Positions 11,673-23,980 of a DNA stretch of 64,000 nt are shown here, piece after piece. A program made the translations under genes and the position numbers. Under the pieces are notes generated by a model. It was not told the origin of the DNA, ran no database searches, and worked only from the letters and a program-made list of their open reading frames with translations. The stretch lies in assembly GCA_038087875.1 (NCBI GenBank), contig CM075989.1:10478001-10542000 (forward strand), in the 5' to 3' direction. Positions within the stretch are counted from its first letter, which is position 1; every line of letters begins with the position of its first letter. This DNA comes from Malacoraja senta (Eukaryota).

Positions 11673-13256
11673 CTTAAAGGCCGATAAATCCCCAGGGCCA
11701 GACAGGCTGCATCCCAGCGTACTTAAGGAAGTAGCCCCAGAAATAGTGGATGCATTAGTGATAATTTTTCAGAACTCTTTAGATTCTGGAGTAGTTAGAT
11801 CCTGAGGATTGGAGGGTAGCTAATGTAACCCCACTTTTTAAAAAGGGAGGGAGAGAGAAAACGGGGAATTACAGACCAGTTAGTCTAACATCGGTAGTGG
11901 GGAAAATGCTAGAGTCAGTTATTAAAGATGGGATAGCAGCACATTTGGAAAGTGGTGAAATCATTGGACAAAGTCAGCATGGATTTATGAAAGGTAAATC
12001 ATGTCTGATGAATCTTATAGAATTTTTCGAGGATGTAACTAGTAGAGTGGATAAGGGAGAACCAGTGGATGTATTATATCTGGACTTTCAGAAGGCTTTC
12101 GACAAGGTCCCACATAAGAGATTAGTATGCAAACTTAAAGCACACGGTATTGGGGGTTTCAGTATTGATGTGGATAGAGAACTGGCTGGCAGACTGGAAG
12201 CAAAGAGTAGGAGTAAACAGGTCCTTTTCAGAATGGCAGGCAGTGACTAGTGGGGTACCGCAAGGCTCAGTGTTGGGAACCCAGCTATTTACAATATATA
12301 TTAATGATCTGGATGAGGGAATTGAATGCAACATCTCCAAGTTTGCGGATGACACGAAGCTGGGGGGCAGTGTTAGCTGTGAGGAGGATGCTAGGAGGCT
12401 GCAAGGTGACTTGGATAGGTTGGGTGAGTGGCAGATGCAGTATAATGTGGATAAATGTGAGGTTATCCACTTTGGTGGCAAAAACAGGAAAGTAGACTAT
12501 TATCTGAATGGTGGCCGATTAGGAAAAGGGGAGATGCAACGAGATCTGGGTGTCATGGTACACCAGTCATTGAAAGTAGGCATGCAGGTGCAGCAGGCAG
12601 TGAAGAAAGCGAATGGTATGTTAGCATTCATAGCAAAAGGATTTGAGTATAAGAGCAGGGAGGTTCTATTGAAGTTGTACAGGGTCTTGGTGAGGCCACA
12701 CCTGGAGTATTGCATACAGTTTTAGTCACAAAATCTGAGGAAAGACATTCTTGCCATAGAGAGAGTACAGAGAAGGTTCACCAGACTGATTCCTGGGATG
12801 GCAGGACTTTCATATGAAGAAAGACTGGATAGACTCGGCTTGTACTCGCTAGAATTTAGAAGATTGAGGGGGGATCATAGAAACTTACAAGATTCTTAAG
12901 GGGTTGGACAGGCTAGATGCAGGAAGATTGTTCCCGATGTTGGGGAAGTCCAGAACAAGGGGTCACAGTTTAAGGATAAGGGGGAAGTCTTTTAGGACCG
13001 AGATGAGAAAATCATTTTTCACACAGAGAGTGGTGAATCTGTGGAATTCTCTGCCACAGAGGTAGTTGAGGCCAGTTCATTGGCTATATTTAAGAGGGAG
13101 TTAGATGTGGCCCTTGTGGCTAAAGGGATCAGGGGGTATGGAGAGAAGGCAGGTACAGGATACTGAGTTGGATGATCAGCCATGATCATATTGAATGGCG
13201 GTGCAGGCTCGAAGGGCTGAATGGCCTACTCCTGCACCTATTTTCTATGTTTCTAT
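11673..13256 (+). mobile_element. 5'-truncated HER1/CR1 LINE with disrupted reverse transcriptase
   Basis: KSPGPD, NYRPVSLTS, QHGF, LDFQKAFDKV, GVPQGSVLG and FADD (12342-12353). About 4-bp insertion at 11797, frameshift near 12155, stop at 12723-12725, (TTTCTATG)n tail. Confidence 0.97.
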
Positions 13257-14975
13257 ATGCCAGCTTGTACAGCAAATAAACCCATAGTGATTCATTGAGA
13301 AATGTTTGAATGTTTCAGCTTTTAGCCAACGTCAATAGCCTGATGACATATTTGTTGACTGTCTTTTCTGATTCTTGGCTGCCTATACCAAGTATGTAAT
13401 TCTCAAAGGTCTATGTAGGGGTTGGATTGAAATATCCCTTTGGAACACAAATAAATGACCTATTTCTGTTGTCTCTACAGTTACAACTGGTATTTACCTT
13501 TTTCTTTCCACATTACATTGTTCAATATCCATCCCAGGATATTCGTGGTATTGTTTGCTCTCAGGAATATCTCCACCTGATCTGTGGATAGGGAAAATGG
13601 CTGCAATGCCTTGTTCATATCCATACTAATCCACAGAACCTACCATTGTTACAATTCTCCCGCGACAACTTTGTTCAATTTTCCAAGACACGGCTCCTGC
13701 CAGGCTTCTTCCTCAGCCCTAACATCTCAAACCTATCATCCATATAGTGCCCTCGGATTATTTTCTATTGATGTTCAATACAGGTGAGCGACGCTCAGCC
13801 AACAGCAGTGGTTAAACAGCGATGTGTAAGAGGTCATACCATATGGTTTCCTCACTTCTTAAAGGTATTGTAAAATACCACTGTCACGCATTCCAAGTAC
13901 TACTGCCTGAAAGGATGGTGGAAGTAGTTTCATTAATAATATTCAATTGAATAAATATGTAGTGGAAAAATAATACTTTTCAGGATTGAGTGAAAGAACA
14001 GGCGAGTGGGACTAATTGAAGTGTTCTTTCAAAGAGCTGGCACGGATAGAATGGGCCGAATGGTTTCCTCCTGTGCTGAATAAATTCCACATCTATCATT
14101 GACTTCTCTCACCATATGTGAATCCAGTGCTCGAGGGGAATTCTCAGCTTGCCAATTTTCAAATTTGGCAGGGTGGAGAATGGCAGTTTTAAAATGCTTT
14201 GCAAAGTGTTCTCTGTGAGCAGTGCGGTGCAATTACACATTGGCAATGCACCACAGCGATTTCTCTCCCCTGTACCTGAGGCGGGCACACAAACTGCGCC
14301 CCCAGATGGTGCCTGCATCCCATCCGTGACTTTGAAGTCTCCCACAGAAGTGGTACCGAGGTCAAAGAATGGGAGAAGTTCCTGGGAGAGGAAATTTGAG
14401 TCAGTTGGTGGAGAAGTCGCCTTTGCCGTTTGTTGCCTGCACCTTGATGAGCAAGAAGATTAACAAGGAAAAAGCAAGAAGCAAAGGAAATAAAGAAAGT
14501 AAAAGAAAGGATTGAATAAGGAATGAGAGCTGAAGCAATAAACACGTGTTTCCTTTGCGAATCAAAAAAATCCTTGTAACCTTTTCCCCATATTTGAGAG
14601 ATAATTGAGTGAAAGAATAGACAGGCCAAGGCAAGATTTAGAATCCAATTAATCGGGAGGTTTCTCTGCTGATAGCATTCTACTGAGATATTCAAGTCGT
14701 TTTACTGAGCATTCATCCAACTATCCCTGGCTCTGCTCCAAGACAATAATTAACTGCTGTGGTTCAGTTAGATGCTCTTTGCCTCTGAGTCAGAGGGTGG
14801 GTGGGTCCCCCCTCTTAACATTTAAACGTAGCTCTCATTGTAATGCCATCTCTCAAATAAGGTGTGGGACTATAGGTCCACCAGCTGATTTGTGTGGTGT
14901 CAAGGATCACACAGTTCTGCGCAAAGAGGAGCAGCTAAACATCTTGGCCAAAGACCTTCCTTCAATGGATATCAT

Positions 14976-15145
14976 AGAAACATAGAAACATAGAAAATAG
15001 GTGCAGGAGTAGGCCATTCGGCCCTTCGAGCCTGCACCGCCATTCGATATGATCATGGCTGATCATCCAACTCAGTATCCCATCCCTGCCTTCTCTCCAT
15101 ACCCCCTGATCCCTTTAGCCACAAGGGCCACATCTAACTCCCTCA
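14976..15145 (-). mobile_element. HER1 3' end (170 bp), inserted in an older SINE
   Basis: (CATAGAAA)n tail plus 3' UTR nearly identical to the 9051 copy. Direct repeat atatcat at 14969-14975 and 15146-15152. Confidence 0.92.
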
Positions 15146-17681
15146 ATATCATTCACTAAGAGTGAGGATCTTGTTGAATTGTTGAAAACAGTCAAAGTAT
15201 TTCAACTGTGTGAAACATTTAGGGATATTTCGGAGAAAAATTAAGACATCCTGCAGTGGCATAACAAATAGGCAGATCATTTCCTTAGCCTTGTGAACTG
15301 AAGTCGGGTACACTAATGCTGAAAAAAAGGTCCTATAAAAGAGTCCACTTCTCGGGTATCATGACATTTTATGGCCAAAAATGCCTGCTTCTGCCTTGAC
15401 AGGACAAACAATTGCAGGAGTGTTATCTGATCTGTGCTGCTAGAATCATGAAACCGAGTAGTCACAGATTTTTGAACGGGTTGGGGGATGTTGAGAAAGA
15501 GGAGCTACCATTTCTGTAGCACCTTTTACATCCTGTTCCCAAAATCCTTTCCAGTCAATGGAGTACTTGAAACATACTGTTGTAATGTAGAAGATACAGC
15601 AACTTGCACATAGCAAGCTCACATACGTAAACACGAATGTGATAATTATAGTGTCTAGGCCCTTTTGTATTGCTGCTTGAATATGATAACTAATAGTGGA
15701 GAGCCAGTGGCAAAACACCCTTTATTAGTGTCAGTCAACTCCCAACTAACAGCAGTGGCTGGTGCAGCAATGTACCAAAAGCAAAATTTGATGTTGTGCA
15801 TACTTCTTAAAGACACTTAACCTTTCATATATATTCCGTAATGGATATCTTCATCCCTAATATCTCTTTTCCATCATTATGAATTGCATGTTTTACTTGC
15901 TGACGTGTCCATCTGGCTCCTGATTGGCATGCACCTCTGGTCAGCACTGCAAATCGTTAACCTTTGAAGAATGCTCTTATTGTTCTCTTTATGTCATGAA
16001 TCGTGTGTGTTATTTTAAGGTTAAATTACGGAAAAGGTGAGGGAGGGAGGAATCGGAAAAAGGGAATATCTGATAAGGTTATTGGGACAGTTGGAGGGTG
16101 ATTATGCCTCATCATCTTATTATCATGTGCCCCTAATTGCAGGGCTATGGTACATCCCCTGCAAGCCAGGATGCACTATTGGAGAGAGAAAACACTGAGC
16201 CAAAAATACATTTGGATGACTGACATGAGTAGATATGGCCAGTTCTGATGCAGACAGAAACAGGAAAATTTGATGTTGGGCTGTGGAGGCTCTTATGTGT
16301 CCAAATGGAAAATGATGTATTGTCCCAGAAACTTGCATTGGGTTTTGTTGATGCTGAAAGAGCTGGCATAGGCTCCAAGGACTATATGTCCTATGTTTCA
16401 GCAATCATTTTCTTCAAAAACTTGCACATTTGGGACTATGTAGAATTGAACCATCTGAAACAAACGTTCTGAAGATGGATAAGTCCATCATCATCCACGA
16501 CAAGGACGTAGCTTTTGGCACCGGCGAGACATACCGATTTCAAACACACTTATTGTATCTATGTGACTCAACCATGAAGCTGAAAACCATACAAATTGTG
16601 TGGCCTTATTCTTTGTTTCAATTTCAGAATTATGCCATACGCAAAAATGCTTCATATTTTTGTTCCATCTCCAGACTGATTCTCTGTTCTGCACTCCATT
16701 GAATATCAATTTATTTTTATTTTTATTTTTTAATGCGAGTGTTGCCAGAAAGACTATTATTTATTGAACATACCCAATTGGCCTTGAGGAAGTCATGATG
16801 AGCCATATCGTTAGTGGTTCAACATCAGTTCTATTAGGATATAATTGAATATGCTGCAAAGTCTTTTCAAAATACATTTTACGAGTCCAACACTTTACTG
16901 TGGGTTTGGAGTCGTAAAGGCCTGTTCCAGTAAGAATGGTAGAATTCCCTCCATGAGGGTCAATCATGAACGAGATGCGCTTTTATGACATTTCAAAGTT
17001 TCATGGTATCCACCACAAAGGATTTTGGGTTTTAAAACCCTGATTATTTTATTAATTTAAATTTTATAGTTGCCACAGTGATATTCCATTCACATCTGTA
17101 GACCATCAGCCCCTTGCTGCTGTATTACTGGGACACCAATTTAACCACCACATCCATTTAGTTTCACCAGATTCCTCTCATTTGTTAAAATTATACTATT
17201 TTGCTTGTGCATATTGTTTGATTGTGTATTCACTGATTGTTTTCCTCTAATCTCTGCTTGCATGTTTCATCCTTCAATATCTCTGAATGTGCTGGATTAA
17301 AGACCCATCAAAGACTTTACAATATGTTCTTAGGATATCTATGGTTTGCCAGACTGATCAAAGTCTCAAATGTCTCCAACAATAAAAAAAACATTGCCCT
17401 GCTCTTTTTATACATGGTGCTATTTCTCTATTCTGTTCCATTTCCATAGTGTTCAGTGTTATTGTTTGACCTCAAGAGTACTTCAGTTTGTTCCATATAA
17501 AGGGTAAATGGCTGAGACTCGCTGTACTTCTCAAATTCAACAACATTTCCAGAATGGTTTGCCATTGTTTTATGTAGAGAATCCAGTTCTGTAATAATTT
17601 AACGTTCCAGCGAGTGTCGTAGCCATATAATGTTCAATGCGGTAGATAACAAAGGTGGAACTACCACCAAAAATCAATCAT

Positions 17682-17959
17682 TGAAGCCATTTAGAACGGA
17701 GACAAGGAAACACTTTTTCTCACAGAGAGTGGTGAGTCTGTGGAATTCTCTGCCTCAGAGGGCGGTGGAGGCAGGTTCTCTGGATGCTTTCAAGAGAGAG
17801 CTAGATAGGGTTCTTAAAAATAGCGGAGTCAGGGGATATGGGGAGAAGGCAGGAACAGGGTACTGATTGGGGATGATCAGCCATGATCACATTGAATGGC
17901 GGTGCTGGCTCGAAGGGCCGAATGGCCTACTCCTGCACCTATTGTCTATTGTCTATTGT
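17682..17959 (+). mobile_element. CR1/HER1 subfamily 3' end
   Basis: PFRTETRKHFFSQRVVSLWNSLPQ...GEKAGTGY* and (ATTGTCT)n tail. aatcat direct repeat at 17676-17681 and 17960-17965. Confidence 0.92.
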
Positions 17960-18320
17960 AATCATCTTCTGACTAACAGTAGTGGCTGGGTACCACGTAT
18001 TGGAAATCATAGTTTTTGTGATATTCTCAGTTCATAAAATGACACTAACTCGCAAATGTTCTGCAAAGTACCTTCCAAGTATAGGCACTATTACAATGTA
18101 AGATACACAGCAGACAGATTTGATACTTGCATAAACGGAAATAGAGCCTCTATTGAATGCAGTAACCCTCTACCAAACAATAGTGCCTGATACAAACATG
18201 TAGCAACATTTGGTTACATGTCAAATTTCAAAGATGTACACATATTTACATGCATTACAATAATAAGCAGATTATTTGATTTTGTGATGTTGGTTGGACT
18301 GGACACAGGTTAACATGACT

Positions 18321-18445
18321 GTGTAGGAAGGAACTACAGATGTTGGTTTAAACCGAAGATAGACACAAAAATCTGGAGCAATTCAGCGGGACAGGCAGCA
18401 TCTCTGGAGAGAAGGAATGGGTGACGTTTCGGGTCAAGATCCTTT
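18321..18445 (-). mobile_element. Penelope-like pseudo-LTR stub
   Basis: Reverse complement of the right arm of the 526-747 element. Ends inside the hammerhead stem II region. Confidence 0.82.
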
Positions 18446-19304
18446 TTGGTGTGTAACTCCACCACCGCTTTGAAATAGTGCCTGGGAATTGTTTTGCATC
18501 AATGGGGGTAGCAGATATGATTCTCATTTAACATCTCATTGTAAGATGGTACTCTCTCTCTATGCTAGCATAAATTTGTGCTTGAGTTTCTGGATTGAGG
18601 TTTGATGCCAAGATTTTCTGATGCGGAGCTAACCCGGTCAGCCACAAAAGGCAGCTAGAGAGTGAAGGGTAAATTAATTGCAGACATACAGACACATTGT
18701 CAGTGTCATATTGCTGTGGGGTATATTTTTGTATGAATCGATGCTGTTGTGAGGAATTGGAGCTTTCTTCTCTCTCTTGCCTGTTGTGTTTGCGTATCCT
18801 GAATGTGGGGAGTTGGTGGGCTGTGGGTGTACAAGGCTCATTGTTGAGCCTTCTCTCTGCATATGATTATTTATTTGACTAAATGAGTAAATGTTTAGAC
18901 TCGCATCAGCTGGGAGAAAATCTCTAAGAAAACAAGGAAGGAAGTTTATGAGGAAAGAAAATAACAAAAGGAAAGGAAAGAGACTCATTCTGATGTTGCA
19001 TTAGGCTGCTGTGTTTCTGATTAAAGTCAAGATTTTTTCCATTTGGCGCCATAGACTTTGGCTCCAGGAGCTGATATGGTGGCAGACACTCAGACATCAA
19101 GATACTGGACAAAGATTCCATGTCTTAATCTGCAAAATTATACTGAGACAGTCAAACAAATGTGTGCTGCAAATGAACTCAGTGACCCTAGAATAACTGT
19201 ATTAGTGGCAACTCAGACTCCGTTCCCACAGCCAACAATTGCTTTATGCAATCGATCGCTGAGCTTAAATCCTAAAAACTTTAAGTCCAAAGCCTGGACT
19301 ATGT

Positions 19305-19838
19305 AGTCAAGTCAAGTCAAGAGAGTTTATTGTCATGTGTCCCAGATAGGACAATGAAATTCTTGCTTGCTGCAGCACAACAGAATATTGTAGGCATAAG
19401 TACAGAACAGATCAGTGTGTCTATATACCATAGACCATATATATACACATAAATAAACAGATAAAGTGCAATAGGCTGTTATAGTTCAGAGTTTGTTTGA
19501 AGTTGTGTTTAATAGTCTGATGGCTGTGGGGAAGAAGCTGAATCTGGATGTTGCAGATTTCAGGCTCCTGTACCTTCTACCTGATGGCAGTGGAGAGATG
19601 AGTGTGTGGCCAGGATGGTGTGGGTCCTTGACGATGCTGGCAGCCTTTTTGAGGCAACGACTGCGATAGACCCCCTCGATGGTAGGGAGGTCAGAGACGG
19701 TGATGGCCTGGGCAGTGTTTACAACTTTTTGCAGCCTTTCCCGCTCCTGGACGCTCAATTTGCCGAACCAAGCCACGATGCAACCAGTCAGCATGCTCTC
19801 TACTGTGCACCTGTAGAGGTTCGAGAGAGTCCTCCTCT
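19305..19838 (-). mobile_element. Rex1/Babar-type LINE 3' fragment
   Basis: ORF 19486..19878 TLSNLYRCTVESMLTGCIVAWFG...DPHHPGHTLISPLPSGRRYRSL...FFPTAIRLLN, followed by TGACAATAAA and a (TTGAC)n tail. Confidence 0.9.
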
Positions 19839-19900
19839 TACTGATTGGGTCGGGGTCTTGTAATAAGCCGAGCACCATGCATGTTTGGGGAGCAGAAATA

Positions 19901-19950
19901 AAATGTCACAGTCTTAAATATCACAGTCTTAAATGTCACAGTCTTAAATA
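19901..19950. repeat. 15-bp tandem repeat x3.3 (aaatgtcacagtctt)
   Basis: Units at 19901, 19916 and 19931, with one substitution in unit 2. Confidence 0.9.
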
Positions 19951-20140
19951 AGTGGGAGAGAATTGAAACTGAATTATTGTGCTGTTCGCAGGTGGTGTTC
20001 AGAGTCTCTGATCCATATCACTTACAACAGCACATGGGTCCAAGACTCATGTTAAAGCAGTCACCAGGCAAGACTCAGTATACAAAACCTATAATGGAGG
20101 AGTCTCCATGCAAGACTAATACAGGAGTTACCAGACAGAA

Positions 20141-20729
20141 GTCAGAGCATTGAGTAGAGAAGTTGGGAGGTCATGTTGCAGTTATATAAGACGTTGATGA
20201 GGCTGCATTTAGAGTATATTTTGGGCACCATGTTATAGGAAAGATGGTGTCAAGCTGGAAATGCGCAGAGAAGATTTACGAGGATGTTGCCAGGACTCGA
20301 AGGCCTGAGGTATAGAAAGAGATTGAGCAGGCAAGGATTCTATTCCTTGGACCGCAGGAGGATAAGGGGTAATCTTATAGAGGTGTACAAAATCATGAGG
20401 GGAATAGATCAGATAGACACACAGAGTCTCTTGCCCAGTGTAGGGGAATCGAGAACCAGAGGACATAGGTTTAAGGTGAGGTAGGAAAGATTTAATAGGA
20501 ACCTGAGGGGTAACCTTTTCATGCGAAGGGTGATGGGTGTATAGAAAAAGCTGCTGGAGGAGGTAGTTGAGGCAGGTGCTATCGCAATGTTTAAGAAACA
20601 TTTAGACAGGTACAAGGAGAGGACAGGTTTAGAGGGATATTTAGCAGGCAGGTGAGACTAGTATAGATGGGACATGTTGGTTGGTGTGGGCAAGTTGGGC
20701 CGAAGGGCCTGTTTCCACTGTAAGACTCT
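20141..20729 (+). mobile_element. CR1 LINE 3' fragment (second subfamily)
   Basis: MLPGLEGLRYRKRL...EVYKIMRGID...RTRGHRFKVR. Same subfamily as 63180-63690. Confidence 0.9.
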
Positions 20730-22859
20730 CATAATGCAAGAATCACCTTATAGAAGTCACTCTGCATGACATGATACAGGAGTTAAGATGTAGAATGGCT
20801 TTACGAGAATTGGAACTTTTTGGAGAGAATGGGAGAGCAAGGGAAAATAATGGGTTAAAGAAAACTAATGCTCAACTACTAAGTGAATGTTAAAGGTGAG
20901 ACTGAAGACAGGTCCAATAAACTGCAGTCAAACTGAGACTGTGTGAAGAGTACAATAGAGTGGTTGCCCTGAATGGAATGTTTTTGTGCTGTTGCTTCTG
21001 TTGCCACTCTGATGCATATAAGAAGATAAGAAATAGGAAGATGGGTAGGCCAATTCAGCCCTTGCGCATGTTCTGCCATTCAATTAAATCAGACCTTGTC
21101 TTTTATCTCAGGACCACTTTCCTCTACTATCCCCTTATCACCCACTTTCCCTTAATATCTAAAAATCTAATGATCTTTTGAGACTACACTTAACAACTGC
21201 ACCTCCACGGTTTCCTTGGACGAAGAATTCTAAGTTATTTTGAACTCTTACATTTCCTGGTAAACAGTTATCCCCAAACACCACTTACAAATAAATGGTC
21301 AAGATATTTATCTCACTATGGTTTGTAGAATCTTCCTGCGCAAAAATCAGCTGTCGGGTTTCTTGGATTACACCAATGACCACACTTTAACAGTACTTCA
21401 TTGGCTGTGAAACATGTCCTGAAGTGAAGAGCTATTCATAAATGTTGTTGAAATACTTTTTATTACATCTTAATGCACCAGGTAAATTCATTAATCATTA
21501 CCGTGTTCAGGAACCTGCTTAATATTTCAGGGAGGCTTGTGGTGTGGATGCTTTTGAAAGTTACTTCCTGTGTTTAATCACTTGTTTAATAGCACTACAA
21601 TAGCAATTCTTGTGTTAAGCGTTGGAATGTCCAACATGATAGAGTGAAGGAATCAGACTTTATAGGAATATTCTAAAACCAGCTCAGGGCAATCTGGACT
21701 GTGCCAGCATTTTGAAATAGGCATCAAATTTCATCCTACCAACGAGGTTTTCCCAACATGTAGGTATTTATCCAATTTGCTTTAGAACATTGCTAAGGAA
21801 ATCCTCCATATTGACTGTAAGACTTGAATATTCAGTGAGATCTTTTACGTTCACTGAGAGAGCAGATGAGTTCCTACTGTAACATTTTGTCTAAAAGATA
21901 CACATCTGAGAATGGAGAAATCTTGCAGTACTGCCCTGGTGAACACGTAGCATTTGGAGTTGGACTTTGACCCACAAGAGGGTCGGAGAGAGTGTTACCC
22001 ACTGAGTCGAATATATCAAAAGTGTCTGTTGCCATTAATTACCACTAAGTTGGTTCTCTCAAAATGATCACAGCAATGCTACTTTTGCCTTTAGAAATTT
22101 GGCTGTTTATGAGCCACTTGATTAATGCAAAGAAATGTCAAGTATTTAATCAGAGTATTAAATTTCTTGAATAATTGCAATCAAGTGTAATGTTTTCCCA
22201 AGTTCATGGGTAATGATGTTCTCTCAGCATCACGAAGCACATTGCCATTAAATTTGGCCCTAATGCTCGTAAGTCCTGAAATGTAGGCAGCCAATGGAAA
22301 GAGCCAGCCAAAAACAGGCAGCAATCAGTGAATTGTAAAATGGTAGGTGCAATGAACATGGTGGAAGGAGCCAATCCAGATGAAGGGTCCTGACCCAAAA
22401 TGTTAACTGTCCATTTCCCACCACAGATGCTGGTCAACCCACTGAGTTCTTCCTGCAGGTTGTATGTTGCTCCATATTCCAGCATTTGCAGTCTCTTATA
22501 TCTCCTTCTAACCAGAAAAAAACATTCTCTCTTTACTTACCACCAAATGCAACCAATCAGCATCTTTCCTTAGTCTTTTCTAATTTAACGAGAACAGAAT
22601 AGCCCAAACATTCCACATAACTAGTACTATTTAAATAAATCTTCTCTACACACTTGATGTCTTTGCCCAGAACAGAGCTCAAAGCTTTCGATGGAACTGT
22701 GATATAAGGTTTAGCCTAATGTGTTTCTCATTGGTGAAAACATCCCCTGATTTTCAAAATTGATTGTAACACTGCTTGTGTATGGTAAAAGGTATCTTGT
22801 TGCTATTTGGAGCACCTTGTTGCTTGCAAATTGGCAGCTATATACTTGGCCAATAAACG

Positions 22860-22882
22860 TACTTACTTACTTACTTACTTAC
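22860..22882. repeat. (TACT)n microsatellite after AATAAA, probably a retroposon tail
   Basis: caataaacg-tacttacttacttacttacttac. Confidence 0.8.
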
Positions 22883-23184
22883 AGTATATATTGCTCTTCA
22901 TTTCCTGCAGATCTCTGGTATGTTATGCATTGTTTTTTGAGTTGTGTTTTTCATTAACGGACTGAGTTCCTGCCAAAGCGCGAGCTACATAGGTATGAGT
23001 GCAATCTAGCTCCTCTGTCAAATGGTTATACTTTTACCTGTGAGGCTAAACTTGAGATATGCCAAACTCTCACTACTGTAGCAAAGCTAGTCTTGCCCCC
23101 ATTTGCGAACTGCACAGTTGTAAAGGGCCAACAGCATATATTCCTATGCTAATCCAAGTGAAACAATGACGTACCTGCAGCTCA

Positions 23185-23505
23185 CTTTAGACTTTATACT
23201 TTAGACTTAAGAGATGCAGCGTGGAAACAGGCCCTTCAACCCACCAAGTCGACCTACCAGTGATCATCCCATATTCTAACACTATCCTACACACGAGGGA
23301 AATTTTACAATTTACAGAAGCCAATTAACCTACAAACCTTGTGCTCCTTTGGAGTGTGGGAGGAAACCGGAGCACCCGGAGAAAACCCACGCAGTCGCAG
23401 GGAAAGCCTACAAACTCCATACAGCCAGCACCTGCAGTCAGGATCAAACCCAGGTCACTGGTGCTGTAAGGCAGCAACTCTACAGTTGTGTCACTGTGCT
23501 GCCCC
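23185..23505 (-). mobile_element. HE1-type V-SINE
   Basis: Minus strand has a tRNA-like head, V-domain gtgggttttctccgggtgctccggtttcctccca, CR1-like tail gggcctgtttcc and (TAAAGTC)n. Confidence 0.88.
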
Positions 23506-23837
23506 TAATCACTTTGGATAAAATCAGCCAAGTCAGCATAGCCCCTGCCTCTCACTTCACCCCTACCTTCCCATTAATAGCTGTGGTCAATTGTTACACA
23601 GTAAAACTGCCAGTGGTTTTTAAAAGGCTTTAGTGCTTGCAAATAGGAATTGAACATTAAAAAATGACTTGAAATGACAAGTCTATTAAATTAATTGAAG
23701 CTTGGTTGTAGTCACTGTTGTAATGTAAGAAAGATGCAAGTCAAACAACTCACATATGCGATGCTGACCAGATCATTTGAGAAATAAATTGAGACTATAC
23801 ACTGCGGAGATAGCTCACAGATAAATGTATATAATAC

Positions 23838-23980
23838 CTTTTCTCCTCTTCACTCTACTTGTTGTACTTGTGCACAGCTTGATGGTATTCATGTAGAGAA
23901 TTATCTGATTTGACCGGATAACAGGCAAACAAAAGTTTTCACTGTATCTCGGTATACGTGACAATGATAAACAAGTACCA
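23838..23980 (+). mobile_element. Rex1/Babar-type 3' tail remnant
   Basis: caaaagttttcactgtatctcggtatacgtgacaat matches the tails at about 1270-1320 and 29545-29597. Confidence 0.7.

Noticed and set aside
9051-13256. Opposite-orientation HER1 copies (9051-9612 and 12700-13256) as ends of a composite transposon
   Set aside because: They belong to different subfamily variants with independent truncations and share no flanking TSD. At most they could form dsRNA if co-transcribed.
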